DNA of 64,000 bases from Patescibacteria group bacterium UBA5738. Its GTDB lineage: Bacteria > Patescibacteriota > Minisyncoccia > Minisyncoccales > UBA5738. The DNA lies in NCBI GenBank assembly GCA_002419295.1, contig DIFW01000017.1, forward strand, positions 57,099 through 121,098, written 5' to 3'. Below are positions 9,849-20,310 of this stretch, piece after piece. A model generated the notes under the pieces. The model did not search any database. It saw only the letters and a list, made by a program, of their open reading frames with translations, and was not told the origin of the DNA. Within the stretch, counting starts at the first letter, position 1, and every line of letters begins with the position of its first letter. The position numbers were made by a program, and so were the translations under genes.

Positions 9849-10850
9849 TTAAAAAATTGCAAACAGTTTAGACAAAAACAAGGCATACAAAAGGACATAA
9901 AGCCAACCCTGCCCGGAATTTATTCTGCGCGAAAATCCCGAAACTGTCAACAGCGCGGCGGCGGCGGCAAGAAACGGCAACGATATATCCAAAACCGCGC
10001 CATCAACCGGCAGAGGTGAAAACATCGCGGCAATACCGGCCACCAGCAATAAATTCACCGCGACGCCGGAAAAGACATTCCCCAAGGCCAATTCATATCT
10101 TTTTTTGGCGATCACCGCGAAGCTCCCCCACAATTCGGGCATTGCCGCAAAAATCGCCAGCGCCGAAACCGCCAAAATCGAAGCGGAAACCGGCAATAAA
10201 TCCGCGGTTCCGGCAAGCGATTCAATCGTGAAATTTGCCGCGATCGCCAGCAAAAGCACACCGCCCAGCCCAAGAAAAACCGCGGCGGGAAAATCCTTGG
10301 CGCGGCGGTTAAACCCGCGGCTGAATCGCGCCCCCACCATTTCGACTATGCCCGGAGTACTGCCGAATATCGACGGCGTCACGACATCCCGCGGCGTAAA
10401 TTTGCGGACGCGCCCATGTGAAATTAAAAATACGGCGCAAGCCGAAAACGCGGCCAGCATCAGCAACCCTTCGCCGAAAACAATGATTCCATCAATGGCG
10501 CAAAAACAAAATATCGCCGCGGCGGCTACCAGAAGCGGCGCGTCGGCATCCGTACATTCGCGATTGATCGGCAAATTTTTGGCCGCGATCGCGGACGCGC
10601 CCGCCACCAGCAAGATATTGGCGATCGACGAACCCAAAAGAACCGGCAAGACCAACTCCGGCCGGCCGGTTAAAACGGCGGCAAGGGCCAGCGCCAATTC
10701 GGGCAGAGCCGCGCCAATGGCAATCGCCGCGAATCCCGCCGCGACATCTTTGCTGAAAAACCGCGCGGCGGCGGCGGAAAACAACGCGGCGCCTTGCAAC
10801 AGCGCGACCACCGAAACGATAAATATGAATAGCCAAATAAAAATTTCCAC
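9849..10850 (-). CDS. Calcium/sodium antiporter family protein (YrbG-like)
   Basis: Two alpha-repeats (GAALPEL..LGSSIANIL; AAMPEL..LGNVFSG..VNL); GTG start at 10850 preferred because the longer start lies in a repeat element. Confidence 0.85.
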   Translation of the reverse strand: MEIFIWLFIFIVSVVALLQGAALFSAAAARFFSKDVAAGFAAIAIGAALPELALALAAVLTGRPELVLPVLLGSSIANILLVAGASAIAAKNLPINRECTDADAPLLVAAAAIFCFCAIDGIIVFGEGLLMLAAFSACAVFLISHGRVRKFTPRDVVTPSIFGSTPGIVEMVGARFSRGFNRRAKDFPAAVFLGLGGVLLLAIAANFTIESLAGTADLLPVSASILAVSALAIFAAMPELWGSFAVIAKKRYELALGNVFSGVAVNLLLVAGIAAMFSPLPVDGAVLDISLPFLAAAAALLTVSGFSRRINSGQGWLYVLLYALFLSKLFAIF

Positions 10851-10859
10851 GGACAAAAT

Positions 10860-11003
10860 TGAAAATGTAAATATCAAAATGGAAAATGACAATGTAAAAT
10901 TACAAAATGTCCAGCTCCCGACATTTTAACATTTTAATCTGTCATTTTGATCTTTCCGCCAAAGGACGGATGCGCCTTATGCGCAGATTTTTCATTTTTA
11001 CAT
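10860..11003. repeat. Dispersed intergenic element, copy 1 (A/T heptad arms with CCGCCAAAGGACGGATGCGCC core)
   Basis: Shares AAATATCAAAATGGAAAAT and CCGCCAAAGGACGGATGCGCCT with 32281-32423. Confidence 0.75.
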
Positions 11004-11014
11004 TTATTGTTAGT

Positions 11015-14000
11015 TTAGCATTTTTTTATCCCCAGCCAAATAGGCTGTCCCGCGATCTTGGCATCAACCGCCGCCGCGGTTTTGTCCGGTTTTTTAAACT
11101 CTAAATCGGCCGCTTTGGTTTCTTTGGCGATTATGAGTCGATTTTTTTCAATCACAACCCTCAATTCGCCTTCGGCAACGCAATAAACGGCAATTTTATC
11201 CGCCGGAGTAAATTTGGCGGTCTTGCGCAATTCCTGGATTTGGCGCATAGTTTCGCGGACACTGCCTTCCTCTTTCAATTCGGGCGTGATGTTCCAATCA
11301 ATTTCAACCGGCACTTTCAATTCCGAATTGAATTCAATGGTTTTCACATTTACTTCGCCGGCCAGAAGATCGCGCAATTCGCCGCTCAATCCGCCCGCGC
11401 CGGCGATAACCAGCTTTGCCAGCGGCTGGCGCACCTTCACGCCGCGCTTGGCGCGTTCGGCCAAAACCAGCGCACAAACCTTGCGCGCCCGCTCCATTTG
11501 CGCTTCCAATTTCGCGTCAATCATTTTTTTATCCGCCTCCGGATATGCTTCCAAATGCGCGGATTTCGCGTTGGCAAAATCGTTCCCCGACAAATCTTGC
11601 CAAATCTCTTCGGCCAAAAACGGCGCCAGCGGCGCGCAAACTTTGGCAAATTCGGCCAAAACATAAGCGAAGATTTTTGCCGCTTGGTTCAATCTCGCCG
11701 CGCTTTGCGGATGTTGCAAGCGCTTGCGCGAACGGCGCACATACCAAAGCGACAGATCGTCAATGGCAAACTTTTCCGCGGTTCTTGCCGCGCGGGTGAT
11801 ATCATAAGCGTCAAGACCGGCGGCGATTTTCGCAATCTCTGAATGCAAGCGCGACACAATCCAGCGGTCAAGCACATCCGCCGGCGCGACAGACACGGGA
11901 GCTTTGATTTTCGGCGCGTAAGTTTTCAAGAATATATGGCAATTCCGCAAAGTCATCAAAAACTTATTCTTTGCCAGCGCCAAATCTTTTTCGTTGTACA
12001 GCTTGGAATCCCCCGGATCATTGACGGTGTAAAAATACCACCGCACCGCGTCGGCGCCGTATTTTTCCACCATCTCCCATGGATTCACCACATTGCCTTT
12101 TGATTTGGACATTTTTTCGCCTTTCTCGTCCAACACATGCCCCATTGACACCACATTTTTATAGGGCGCGCCGAATTTCAGCGCCGTGGACAGCGCCAAC
12201 AAAGTGTAAAACCACCCTCTCGTTTGATCAATCGCCTCGCAAATGAAATCCGCGGGAAAAGCCGCCGGCGGCAAATCTTGCGACTGGCCCTTTTGTCGAG
12301 GCCAAAATTCTTGTGCAAACGGCATCGCCCCCGAATCCAGCCAGCAATCCAAAACCTCGGCGGCGCGCGCCATTCTTTGCCCGCATTTTTCGCAAATCGG
12401 CGCGACTTCGTCGATAAACGGGCGATGCAGGTCGATTTCCATGTCATCGCCAAACGGCAATTGCTTAAATTCAATTTCACGGGACTTGCCGGTATCGATT
12501 TTTTTGATTTTGCCCCGATAACGGCCGTCCAAAATTGCCGGCGCGGACATCCCTTTGAGCGTGTGCTCCAACATCGTCAGCGGCAATTCGTGGGATACCA
12601 AAACAATATTTTTACCTTCGTATTTTTTATCAATCTCGGCCATTAATTCATACATCCGGCGGCGAATCATCACCAAACTTTCGCCTTTGGGAGGTTTGGC
12701 GGCGAGAGGATTTTTTTTTGTTGATATGTAATCCCAAAAATTCTTGGGGTCTTGGCCGTTGAAAATTCCCACATTGGCTTCGCGCAATCTTTTGTCATAG
12801 ATGATTTTGGCGCCGGTGGTTTTTGCGATGATTTGCGCCGTTTCTTTCGTCCGCAACAAATCCGAGGCGATAATCAAATCTATTTTTTCTTTGGCCAGTT
12901 TTTTTGCCGAAACCTCCGCTTGTTTTCCGCCTTTTTGAGTGAGCGGCAACGGATCGGCCTCCGGCCAGCAAGAAGCGATTTTTTTAACTTGCCGTTGAGA
13001 GTGGCCGTGGCGAAAAACAAAATATCGGTTCTTTGAATATTTTTGTTCGAGCAAATCGCGGACCGAACCAAAAACTTCCCGATGGCCGCAATCGCATTGC
13101 CACACCGGCAGAGGCGTGCCCCAGTAGCGGTCGCGCGAAATCGCCCAATCTTTCACTTCGCGCAACCATTCGCCAAACCGCCCTTCTTTCAAATGCGGCG
13201 GCACCCAATTTATCTTTTGGTTGTTTTTGAGCAAATCATTTCTCAACGCCGTCATTTTGATAAACCAGCTCTTTTTGGCATAGTACAGCAATGGTGTTTT
13301 GCACCGCCAGCAAAACGGATAATCGTGTTCATACGCTTCGGTTTTAAAAAGCAATCCCTTTTCTTTTAAATCGGCGATGATCAAGGAATCGGCATCCTTG
13401 ACAAACATCCCCGCCCATTTGGGAACATCCGGCAAAAAACCGCCGTCTTCGCCGACATTCAAAATCACGGGGAATACCGGCGCGCCGTTTTTTTCCCGTT
13501 GGCGGTTTTCTTTTTTGATCACTTCCATATCTTCGGCGCCGAACGCCGGCGCGATATGGACAATTCCCGTACCGTCAACCGCCGACACAAAGTCCGCAGC
13601 AATCGTCTCGTAAATGATTTTTGATTCTTCGGTTTTGACCGGAAACGGCGCCCGATACCGCAATCCGATCAAGCTATTGCCTTTTATATCTCGGACAATT
13701 TCGTATTCGCCGCCCAAAACTTCAACGCGGTCTTTGGCCAAAACCAAACCGCCGCTCTCTCCGTTTCTTGGCTTCGCCAACACATAATCCAGCGCCGGAT
13801 TCACCGCGGCGGCAACATTGGCCGGCAATGTCCACGGCGTAGTGGTCCAAACCAACAGCGCAGCATTTTTAAATTCCGGACTAACAAGGGGAAATTTGAC
13901 ATACACCGAAGGGTCTTTCACTCTTTTGTAGCCCTGCGCCACTTCATGGCTGGATAGCGCCGTACCGCAACGCGAGCAGTAGGGCAAAACTTTGTAATCT

Positions 14001-14506
14001 TGAAACAAAAGCTTTTTTTGCCACGCGCGCTTCAAAATAAACCACACCGACTCCATATACCGCGCGTCATAGGTGATATAAGGATTGTCCAAATCCAGCC
14101 AATAGCCGATACGCTCGGTAAGTTTGCGCCATTCGCCAATCTGCTCAAAAACCGAATCGCGGCATTCTTTATTGAATTTTTTAATGCCGTATTTTTCGAT
14201 GTCTTTTTTGCTGTGAAGGCTAAGTTTTTTCTCAATTTGCAATTCCACCGGCAACCCGTGCGTATCCCATCCGGCGCGGCGCCGGACGCGAAACCCCGCC
14301 ATAGTCTTGTAGCGGCAAATTAAATCTTTGAAGACCCGCGTTTCCATATGGTGTATCCCCGGGCGCGCGTTGGCCGTGGGCGGCCCCTCATAAAACACAA
14401 AATCCTTTTTGCGCCGAGGCGTTCTTTTGACCGATTTTTCAAAAATCAAGTTCTCTTTCCAAAACTTGACGATATTTTCCTCATTTTTGTTGAAATCCTT
14501 CTCCAT
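11015..14506 (-). CDS. ileS: Isoleucine--tRNA ligase (type 2) with inserted histidine-phosphatase domain
   Basis: FYEGPPTAN, GWDTHGLPVE, WTTTPWTLP, DWAISRDRYWGTP, KMSKS; RHG-domain insert at about 12470-13030. Confidence 0.95.
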   Translation of the reverse strand: MEKDFNKNEENIVKFWKENLIFEKSVKRTPRRKKDFVFYEGPPTANARPGIHHMETRVFKDLICRYKTMAGFRVRRRAGWDTHGLPVELQIEKKLSLHSKKDIEKYGIKKFNKECRDSVFEQIGEWRKLTERIGYWLDLDNPYITYDARYMESVWFILKRAWQKKLLFQDYKVLPYCSRCGTALSSHEVAQGYKRVKDPSVYVKFPLVSPEFKNAALLVWTTTPWTLPANVAAAVNPALDYVLAKPRNGESGGLVLAKDRVEVLGGEYEIVRDIKGNSLIGLRYRAPFPVKTEESKIIYETIAADFVSAVDGTGIVHIAPAFGAEDMEVIKKENRQREKNGAPVFPVILNVGEDGGFLPDVPKWAGMFVKDADSLIIADLKEKGLLFKTEAYEHDYPFCWRCKTPLLYYAKKSWFIKMTALRNDLLKNNQKINWVPPHLKEGRFGEWLREVKDWAISRDRYWGTPLPVWQCDCGHREVFGSVRDLLEQKYSKNRYFVFRHGHSQRQVKKIASCWPEADPLPLTQKGGKQAEVSAKKLAKEKIDLIIASDLLRTKETAQIIAKTTGAKIIYDKRLREANVGIFNGQDPKNFWDYISTKKNPLAAKPPKGESLVMIRRRMYELMAEIDKKYEGKNIVLVSHELPLTMLEHTLKGMSAPAILDGRYRGKIKKIDTGKSREIEFKQLPFGDDMEIDLHRPFIDEVAPICEKCGQRMARAAEVLDCWLDSGAMPFAQEFWPRQKGQSQDLPPAAFPADFICEAIDQTRGWFYTLLALSTALKFGAPYKNVVSMGHVLDEKGEKMSKSKGNVVNPWEMVEKYGADAVRWYFYTVNDPGDSKLYNEKDLALAKNKFLMTLRNCHIFLKTYAPKIKAPVSVAPADVLDRWIVSRLHSEIAKIAAGLDAYDITRAARTAEKFAIDDLSLWYVRRSRKRLQHPQSAARLNQAAKIFAYVLAEFAKVCAPLAPFLAEEIWQDLSGNDFANAKSAHLEAYPEADKKMIDAKLEAQMERARKVCALVLAERAKRGVKVRQPLAKLVIAGAGGLSGELRDLLAGEVNVKTIEFNSELKVPVEIDWNITPELKEEGSVRETMRQIQELRKTAKFTPADKIAVYCVAEGELRVVIEKNRLIIAKETKAADLEFKKPDKTAAAVDAKIAGQPIWLGIKKC

Positions 14507-14684
14507 AGTATTTATTCAACTTCTGCTTCATATTAGCAAATCCTCCCGATATTTAAAGACCTTATCGCATTCTGCGGGAACGGTCTTTATGGCCGTTCGC
14601 ATTATATTATATCCAACCCCGCGGACATAAATACAAAATACAGACAAACAGCAGACCTATTGAATTCTTGCCTGTTTTAAAAAA

Positions 14685-14975
14685 TTATTTCAACACTTCC
14701 GCGTCTTCTTTGATTTTTTCGGCTAAAATCATTTTCACCAGCGACTGATAGGGCACATCGCGGCGATTAGCCATTTCCTTCAAGCGATAAATCATATTTT
14801 CCGGCAAGCGGATGGAAACACTGCGCAAGGAAGGATTCAGATTTGGCAAAACGGAATTGGTTGGCGCGTCGCTCCAATCAATATAATCCGCGCTGTCATG
14901 TTTTGCCCAGAATGCGCGCTCTTCGTTTTCATCTTTAAATTTGGGAATCTGTTTTAAATTATTTTTTTTGTTCAT
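14685..14975 (-). CDS. BrnA/CopG-like antitoxin
   Basis: IPKFKDENEERAFWAKHDS and ribbon-helix-helix tail SIRLP...VPYQSLVK; overlaps the toxin gene. Confidence 0.85.
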   Translation of the reverse strand: MNKKNNLKQIPKFKDENEERAFWAKHDSADYIDWSDAPTNSVLPNLNPSLRSVSIRLPENMIYRLKEMANRRDVPYQSLVKMILAEKIKEDAEVLK

Positions 14976-15276
14976 ATTGTTTTTGATAAATAATTTTTTC
15001 TTTTTTGCTCATCGTCCTTGCCGAAATGATTCTAATTTTATTTTTTCTGATCGTAAACGCTTCAAAAAGCAATCTGTTTTTATTGGTTTTTCCAAGCGCG
15101 TAATAACGAACTTCATCCTTGCCGGAATGTTTATCGTCGGATTGAAGCAAAAGCGGCCGGTTGAAAAAAATTTCCTCGCTTTCCCAAAATGCCACCCTGT
15201 GTTTTCCCCAATTTTTATCAATGTTGCCGCTATCCCAGTCAAATCCAACAATTTCGGAAAAATTAAAACCTCTCAT
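14959..15276 (-). CDS. BrnT family toxin
   Basis: FDWDSGNIDKNWGKH, EEIF, E.RY..LG and IRIISAR motifs. Confidence 0.9.
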   Translation of the reverse strand: MRGFNFSEIVGFDWDSGNIDKNWGKHRVAFWESEEIFFNRPLLLQSDDKHSGKDEVRYYALGKTNKNRLLFEAFTIRKNKIRIISARTMSKKEKIIYQKQYEQKK

Positions 15277-15294
15277 TTGATTATGTATATTTCC

Positions 15295-15322
15295 ATTATA
15301 TACAACCCGACAAACCTGTCAA
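15295..15322 (-). promoter_or_regulatory. Sigma70 promoter of brnTA
   Basis: TTGACA-N16-TATAAT, 19 nt upstream of the toxin ATG. Confidence 0.75.
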
Positions 15323-15350
15323 TAGCGCAAACTCGTCTTCGCTTCCAACG

Positions 15351-15373
15351 AAAAACGGATCCGAAAGGATCCG
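15351..15373 (-). terminator. Intrinsic terminator
   Basis: CGGATCC-TTTC-GGATCCG followed by T5 on the minus strand. Confidence 0.7.
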
Positions 15374-15540
15374 CGGTTCCGTTATTCGCTTGTCGGTTAT
15401 CCCGCCGCGCGGGCATCGCGCCCATATCAAACCCGCAAGGTAAAATGCCAACAAATAAAAAATAAAAATGGCTGATATTTATTCCATTTTTAAAATTTGC
15501 GCGCCGCGCTCAATGCGCCGCGCCGCCAATCGGCAGACAA

Positions 15541-15633
15541 TTACGCCGCCGGAGTCGCCGGGTCGGTAACCGGAGCTATTGTCGGTTCTTCGGTGGCCGG
15601 AGCGGCCGGGGTTGTTCCTTCGTCGTTGTACAT
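15541..15633 (-). CDS. 30-aa acidic Pro/Ala/Thr-rich peptide
   Basis: MYNDEGTTPAAPATEEPTIAPVTDPATPAA*; upstream TTGACA-N18-TAGTAT at 15767-15796. Confidence 0.5.
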   Translation of the reverse strand: MYNDEGTTPAAPATEEPTIAPVTDPATPAA

Positions 15634-15850
15634 TGTTTTCAACAAAAACCTTGATTTTTCGCCAAAAATGGGCGGCTTTGGCGCAAAAATTTCAATCTCT
15701 GTTTTTTAACCCGCCAAAGGCAGGACGCGCCCCTCGCGCAAACTCAACTCTCGTCAAGATGTCTTCATACTAATCGCAACCGCAACGGCTTGTCAACCCA
15801 AAAACGCAAAAGGCTTGAAAAATAACGCAATTTATTGTAGAGTTCCAATT

Positions 15851-16699
15851 ATGATTAACACAAACAAAGAAATATCTAAAAATGACGAGAATTGCCCCGT
15901 CACGATAAATCCTCCGCGCACCGGAGAAATTATCAAGGGCAAAGTGATCGTTCAAGAGCGATCGGCGCTTTATGTTGACTTGGGCGCGATCGGCACCGGC
16001 ATTGTTTACGGCAAAGAATTCCACGAAGTCAAAGACCGCCTCAAAGACATTGGCGAAGGCGATTCGATTTCGGCGAAAATCGTGAGCTTGGAAAACGATG
16101 AAGGCTATATCGAACTGTCGATCAGCGGCGCCACCCGCAAGCTGGTTTGGGATGAATTGCGCGAAAAACAAGAAACCCGCGAGCCGGTAACCGTTAAAAT
16201 CGGCGGCGCCAACAAAGGCGGGTTGATGGCAAAAGTATCCGGCCTTCCCGCGTTTCTGCCGGTATCCCAACTGGCGAGCCATCATTACCCCAAAGTAGTG
16301 GGTGGCGATCCGGATAAAATTTTAAAAGAACTCCAAAAATTCGTGGGAGAAGATCTTTCGGTGCGGATTTTAAATTTAAAACCGAAAACCGGCGAAATTA
16401 TTTTGTCGGAAAAAATGGCGGAAATGGAACAGCGCGAAGAACAATTAAAAAAATACCATGTGGGGCAGGATATCGGCGGCGCCATTACCGGCGTAATGGA
16501 ATTCGGTATTTTTATTCGTTTTGATAATGATAGCGTGGAAGGGCTCATTCCCGTGGCGCAAATTCCCGAAGAAGCCAAGAAAAACCTTTCGGAAAACTTC
16601 AAGATCGGCGACAAGCTTAACGCGCGCATTGTTGAAATCGGCAACGGAAAAGTGTTTTTGTCGCTTGCGGATCGCGGCGAGGCCCGGTCTGAAGTTTAA
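15851..16699 (+). CDS. S1 RNA-binding domain protein (short ribosomal S1-like, 3 domains)
   Basis: Three S1 repeats, NKGGL and AFLPVSQL; start uncertain (15815 or 15851). Confidence 0.85.
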   Translation: MINTNKEISKNDENCPVTINPPRTGEIIKGKVIVQERSALYVDLGAIGTGIVYGKEFHEVKDRLKDIGEGDSISAKIVSLENDEGYIELSISGATRKLVWDELREKQETREPVTVKIGGANKGGLMAKVSGLPAFLPVSQLASHHYPKVVGGDPDKILKELQKFVGEDLSVRILNLKPKTGEIILSEKMAEMEQREEQLKKYHVGQDIGGAITGVMEFGIFIRFDNDSVEGLIPVAQIPEEAKKNLSENFKIGDKLNARIVEIGNGKVFLSLADRGEARSEV

Positions 16700-16717
16700 T
16701 CTGGCAATTGCCGAACG

Positions 16718-18556
<1,839 letters not shown>

Positions 18557-18580
18557 GCAATCGTCCACGACGATTGCCAC

Positions 18581-18652
18581 GGGCGTGTAGCTCAGTGGTA
18601 GAGCACGGCTCTTATAAAGCCGGGGCCGATGGTCCGATCCCATCCACGCCCA
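18581..18652 (+). tRNA. tRNA-Ile(UAU)
   Basis: Acceptor GGGCGTG/CACGCCC-A; anticodon arm CGGCT-CTTATAA-AGCCG; T arm GATGG-TCCGATC-CCATC; CCA not encoded. Confidence 0.9.
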
Positions 18653-18669
18653 CAATCTCGAAAACAATC

Positions 18670-18741
18670 GGGCAGTTGGCGCAGGGGTAGCGCACTACTT
18701 TGACATAGTAGGGGTCACAGGTTCAAATCCTGTACTGCCCA
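18670..18741 (+). tRNA. tRNA-Val(GAC)
   Basis: GGGCAGT/ACTGCCC-A; CTACT-TTGACAT-AGTAG; GGTTCAAATCC. Confidence 0.95.
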
Positions 18742-18820
18742 CCCTTTGACTTTTAAGCGATTTTAGTTTAAAGTGATCACTTGTAAGATCAAAATTCAAT
18801 TATTTAGAATAATCAACACC

Positions 18821-19201
18821 ATGGAAAAGAAAATCGCAGAATTCGCGCAATCGGGCAAAAAACAGGATTTGCCCCAAATCAAGGCCGGCGACACCGTGCG
18901 CGTGCACCAAAAATACACCGACAAAGGCAAAGAAAAAATTCAAATCTTTGAAGGGTTGGTGTTGTGCCGCAAACATGGCAACGAAACGGGAGCGGCTATC
19001 ACCGTGCGCAAAATTTCTTCGGGCGTGGGCGTGGAAAAGATATTCCCCCTTCACTCGCCGGTCGTCGCCAAAATTGAAGTCGTCAAATCGGGAAAAGTCC
19101 GGCGCGCCAAAATTTATTATATGCGCACCGCTAAAGGCAAAAAGTCTCGCTTAAAAAGAGTGGAAGCCAAACCCGCGGCAAACTCAACCGCCAAAGAATA
19201 A
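18821..19201 (+). CDS. rplS: 50S ribosomal protein L19
   Basis: GDTVRVH, QIFEG, VRKISSGVGVEKIFP, KVRRAKIYY. Confidence 0.97.
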   Translation: MEKKIAEFAQSGKKQDLPQIKAGDTVRVHQKYTDKGKEKIQIFEGLVLCRKHGNETGAAITVRKISSGVGVEKIFPLHSPVVAKIEVVKSGKVRRAKIYYMRTAKGKKSRLKRVEAKPAANSTAKE

Positions 19202-19204
19202 CCC

Positions 19205-19238
19205 AAAAATCAAGAAGCCTAACCGCTTCTTGATTTTT
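19205..19238 (+). terminator. Intrinsic terminator after rplS
   Basis: AAAAATCAAGAAGC-CTAACC-GCTTCTTGATTTTT. Confidence 0.7.
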
Positions 19239-19297
19239 ATTGCTTTTGCGATAAACTACCCACTATAAACTATTTACCACCCCGTTTCACGGGATTT

Positions 19298-19379
19298 GAG
19301 CGAGTGATGGAATCGGCAGACATCTGCGTTTGAGGGGCGCAGGCCGCAAGGCGTGAGGGTTCAAGTCCCTCCTCGCTCA
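19298..19379 (+). tRNA. tRNA-Leu(GAG)
   Basis: GAGCGAG/CTCGCTC-A; loop TTGAGGG; long variable arm. Confidence 0.92.
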
Positions 19380-19421
19380 CAAAGAACAGTTGATGAGTAA
19401 TGGAGTAAAATACTATTTCCC

Positions 19422-19495
19422 GGGCGATTAGCTCAGTTGGTACGAGCGACTCGTTTACACCGAGTAGGCCAGGGGTTCGAATCCCTTATCGCCCA
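19422..19495 (+). tRNA. tRNA-Val(UAC)
   Basis: GGGCGAT/ATCGCCC-A; ACTCG-TTTACAC-CGAGT. Confidence 0.95.
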
Positions 19496-19672
19496 CAGCA
19501 AATTAAAAAGGATGGGATGTTTAGCCAAACATCCATTTTTTATTGCGTTCCCAATTTAAAAATGGTATAAACAGGATGTTGCCCAAACAGCCTGTTTTTT
19601 GTTGTTTTTCCGTTTTGTGTTTCGTCTCGGATTTTGATATTCGAATTTCGGATTTCCCGCCGGAGGCGGGTT

Positions 19673-19755
19673 GGAGGGGTGTTCCGAATGGCAAGGTACC
19701 GCTCTCGAAAAGCGGCGGGCGCAAGCCCTTGCGAGTTCGAGTCTCGCCCCCTCCG
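19673..19755 (+). tRNA. tRNA-Ser(CGA)
   Basis: GGAGGGG/CCCCTCC-G; CCGCT-CTCGAAA-AGCGG; long variable arm. Confidence 0.93.
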
Positions 19756-19798
19756 CCTCAATGATAATTTAAAATTTTGCGCGCGCGCAAAACAATTC

Positions 19799-20164
19799 AT
19801 GCAATTTTTTCCCAAAAAACAAACCGAAGAACCGCAGAATGTTGAAGAAATTTTGGCGGAATTTAAAAAGGTAAAAGACAAGTGCCAAAAACTTGCCGCG
19901 AAAGTTGACCGATTGGAAGAAAAAAACCGGCAGAACATCAATAAAGTCGGCGTGGTCCGGTTTAATCCGTTTGAAGGATGCGGCGGCAATCAAAGCTTTT
20001 CTCTGGCCATTTTAGACGATGAAAAACGGGGGGCGGTGATCACCAGCTTATTTTCGCGAGACGGCAACCGCGTCTATGCCAAACCGATTGAAAACGGCGC
20101 GTCAGCCTATCCCCTGTCGGAAGAAGAAAAGCAAGCAATCGAAATCGCGCAGAAACAAAAATAA
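19799..20164 (+). CDS. DUF4446 family protein
   Basis: KVGVVRFNPF..GGNQSFSLAILD, R.YAKPI..G.S.YPLSEEE; start moved past the tRNA. Confidence 0.85.
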   Translation: MQFFPKKQTEEPQNVEEILAEFKKVKDKCQKLAAKVDRLEEKNRQNINKVGVVRFNPFEGCGGNQSFSLAILDDEKRGAVITSLFSRDGNRVYAKPIENGASAYPLSEEEKQAIEIAQKQK

Positions 20165-20305
20165 CAAATTTTCAATTTTCAATTTCTAATTTTCATTGAA
20201 TTTTCAAACCATCAATGAGCCAAACGGGATACTTGTTTGTATTTTATTTGAAACATTGGAATTTGAAACATTTATTGGAAATTGAAAATTGGCAATTTAA
20301 AATCA
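20164..20305. repeat. Low-complexity heptad inverted-arm element (TTTTCAA / TTGAAA repeats)
   Basis: AATTTTCAATTTTCAATTTCTAAT on the left mirrored by ATTGGAAATTGAAAATTGGCAATT on the right. Confidence 0.55.
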
Positions 20306-20310
20306 TTTTA

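Noticed and set aside
14507-14684. T-box riboswitch upstream of ileS
   Set aside because: One hairpin (TAAAGACC/GGTCTTTA) is present but no GGTGGNACCGCG T-box or stem I motifs
15296-15487. Hydrophobic minus-strand frame ME*ISAIFIFYLLAFYLAGLIW as a recoded or pseudogenised membrane peptide
   Set aside because: TAA at codon 3, T-rich DNA yields hydrophobic residues by chance, and the frame crosses a terminator
19634-19798. Extended N-termini in the ORF track (DUF4446, infB, rplS, rbfA, rpsT, yebC, prgI, response regulators, dksA-like)
   Set aside because: They overlap tRNAs, repeats, promoters or adjacent genes; downstream ATGs match family starts
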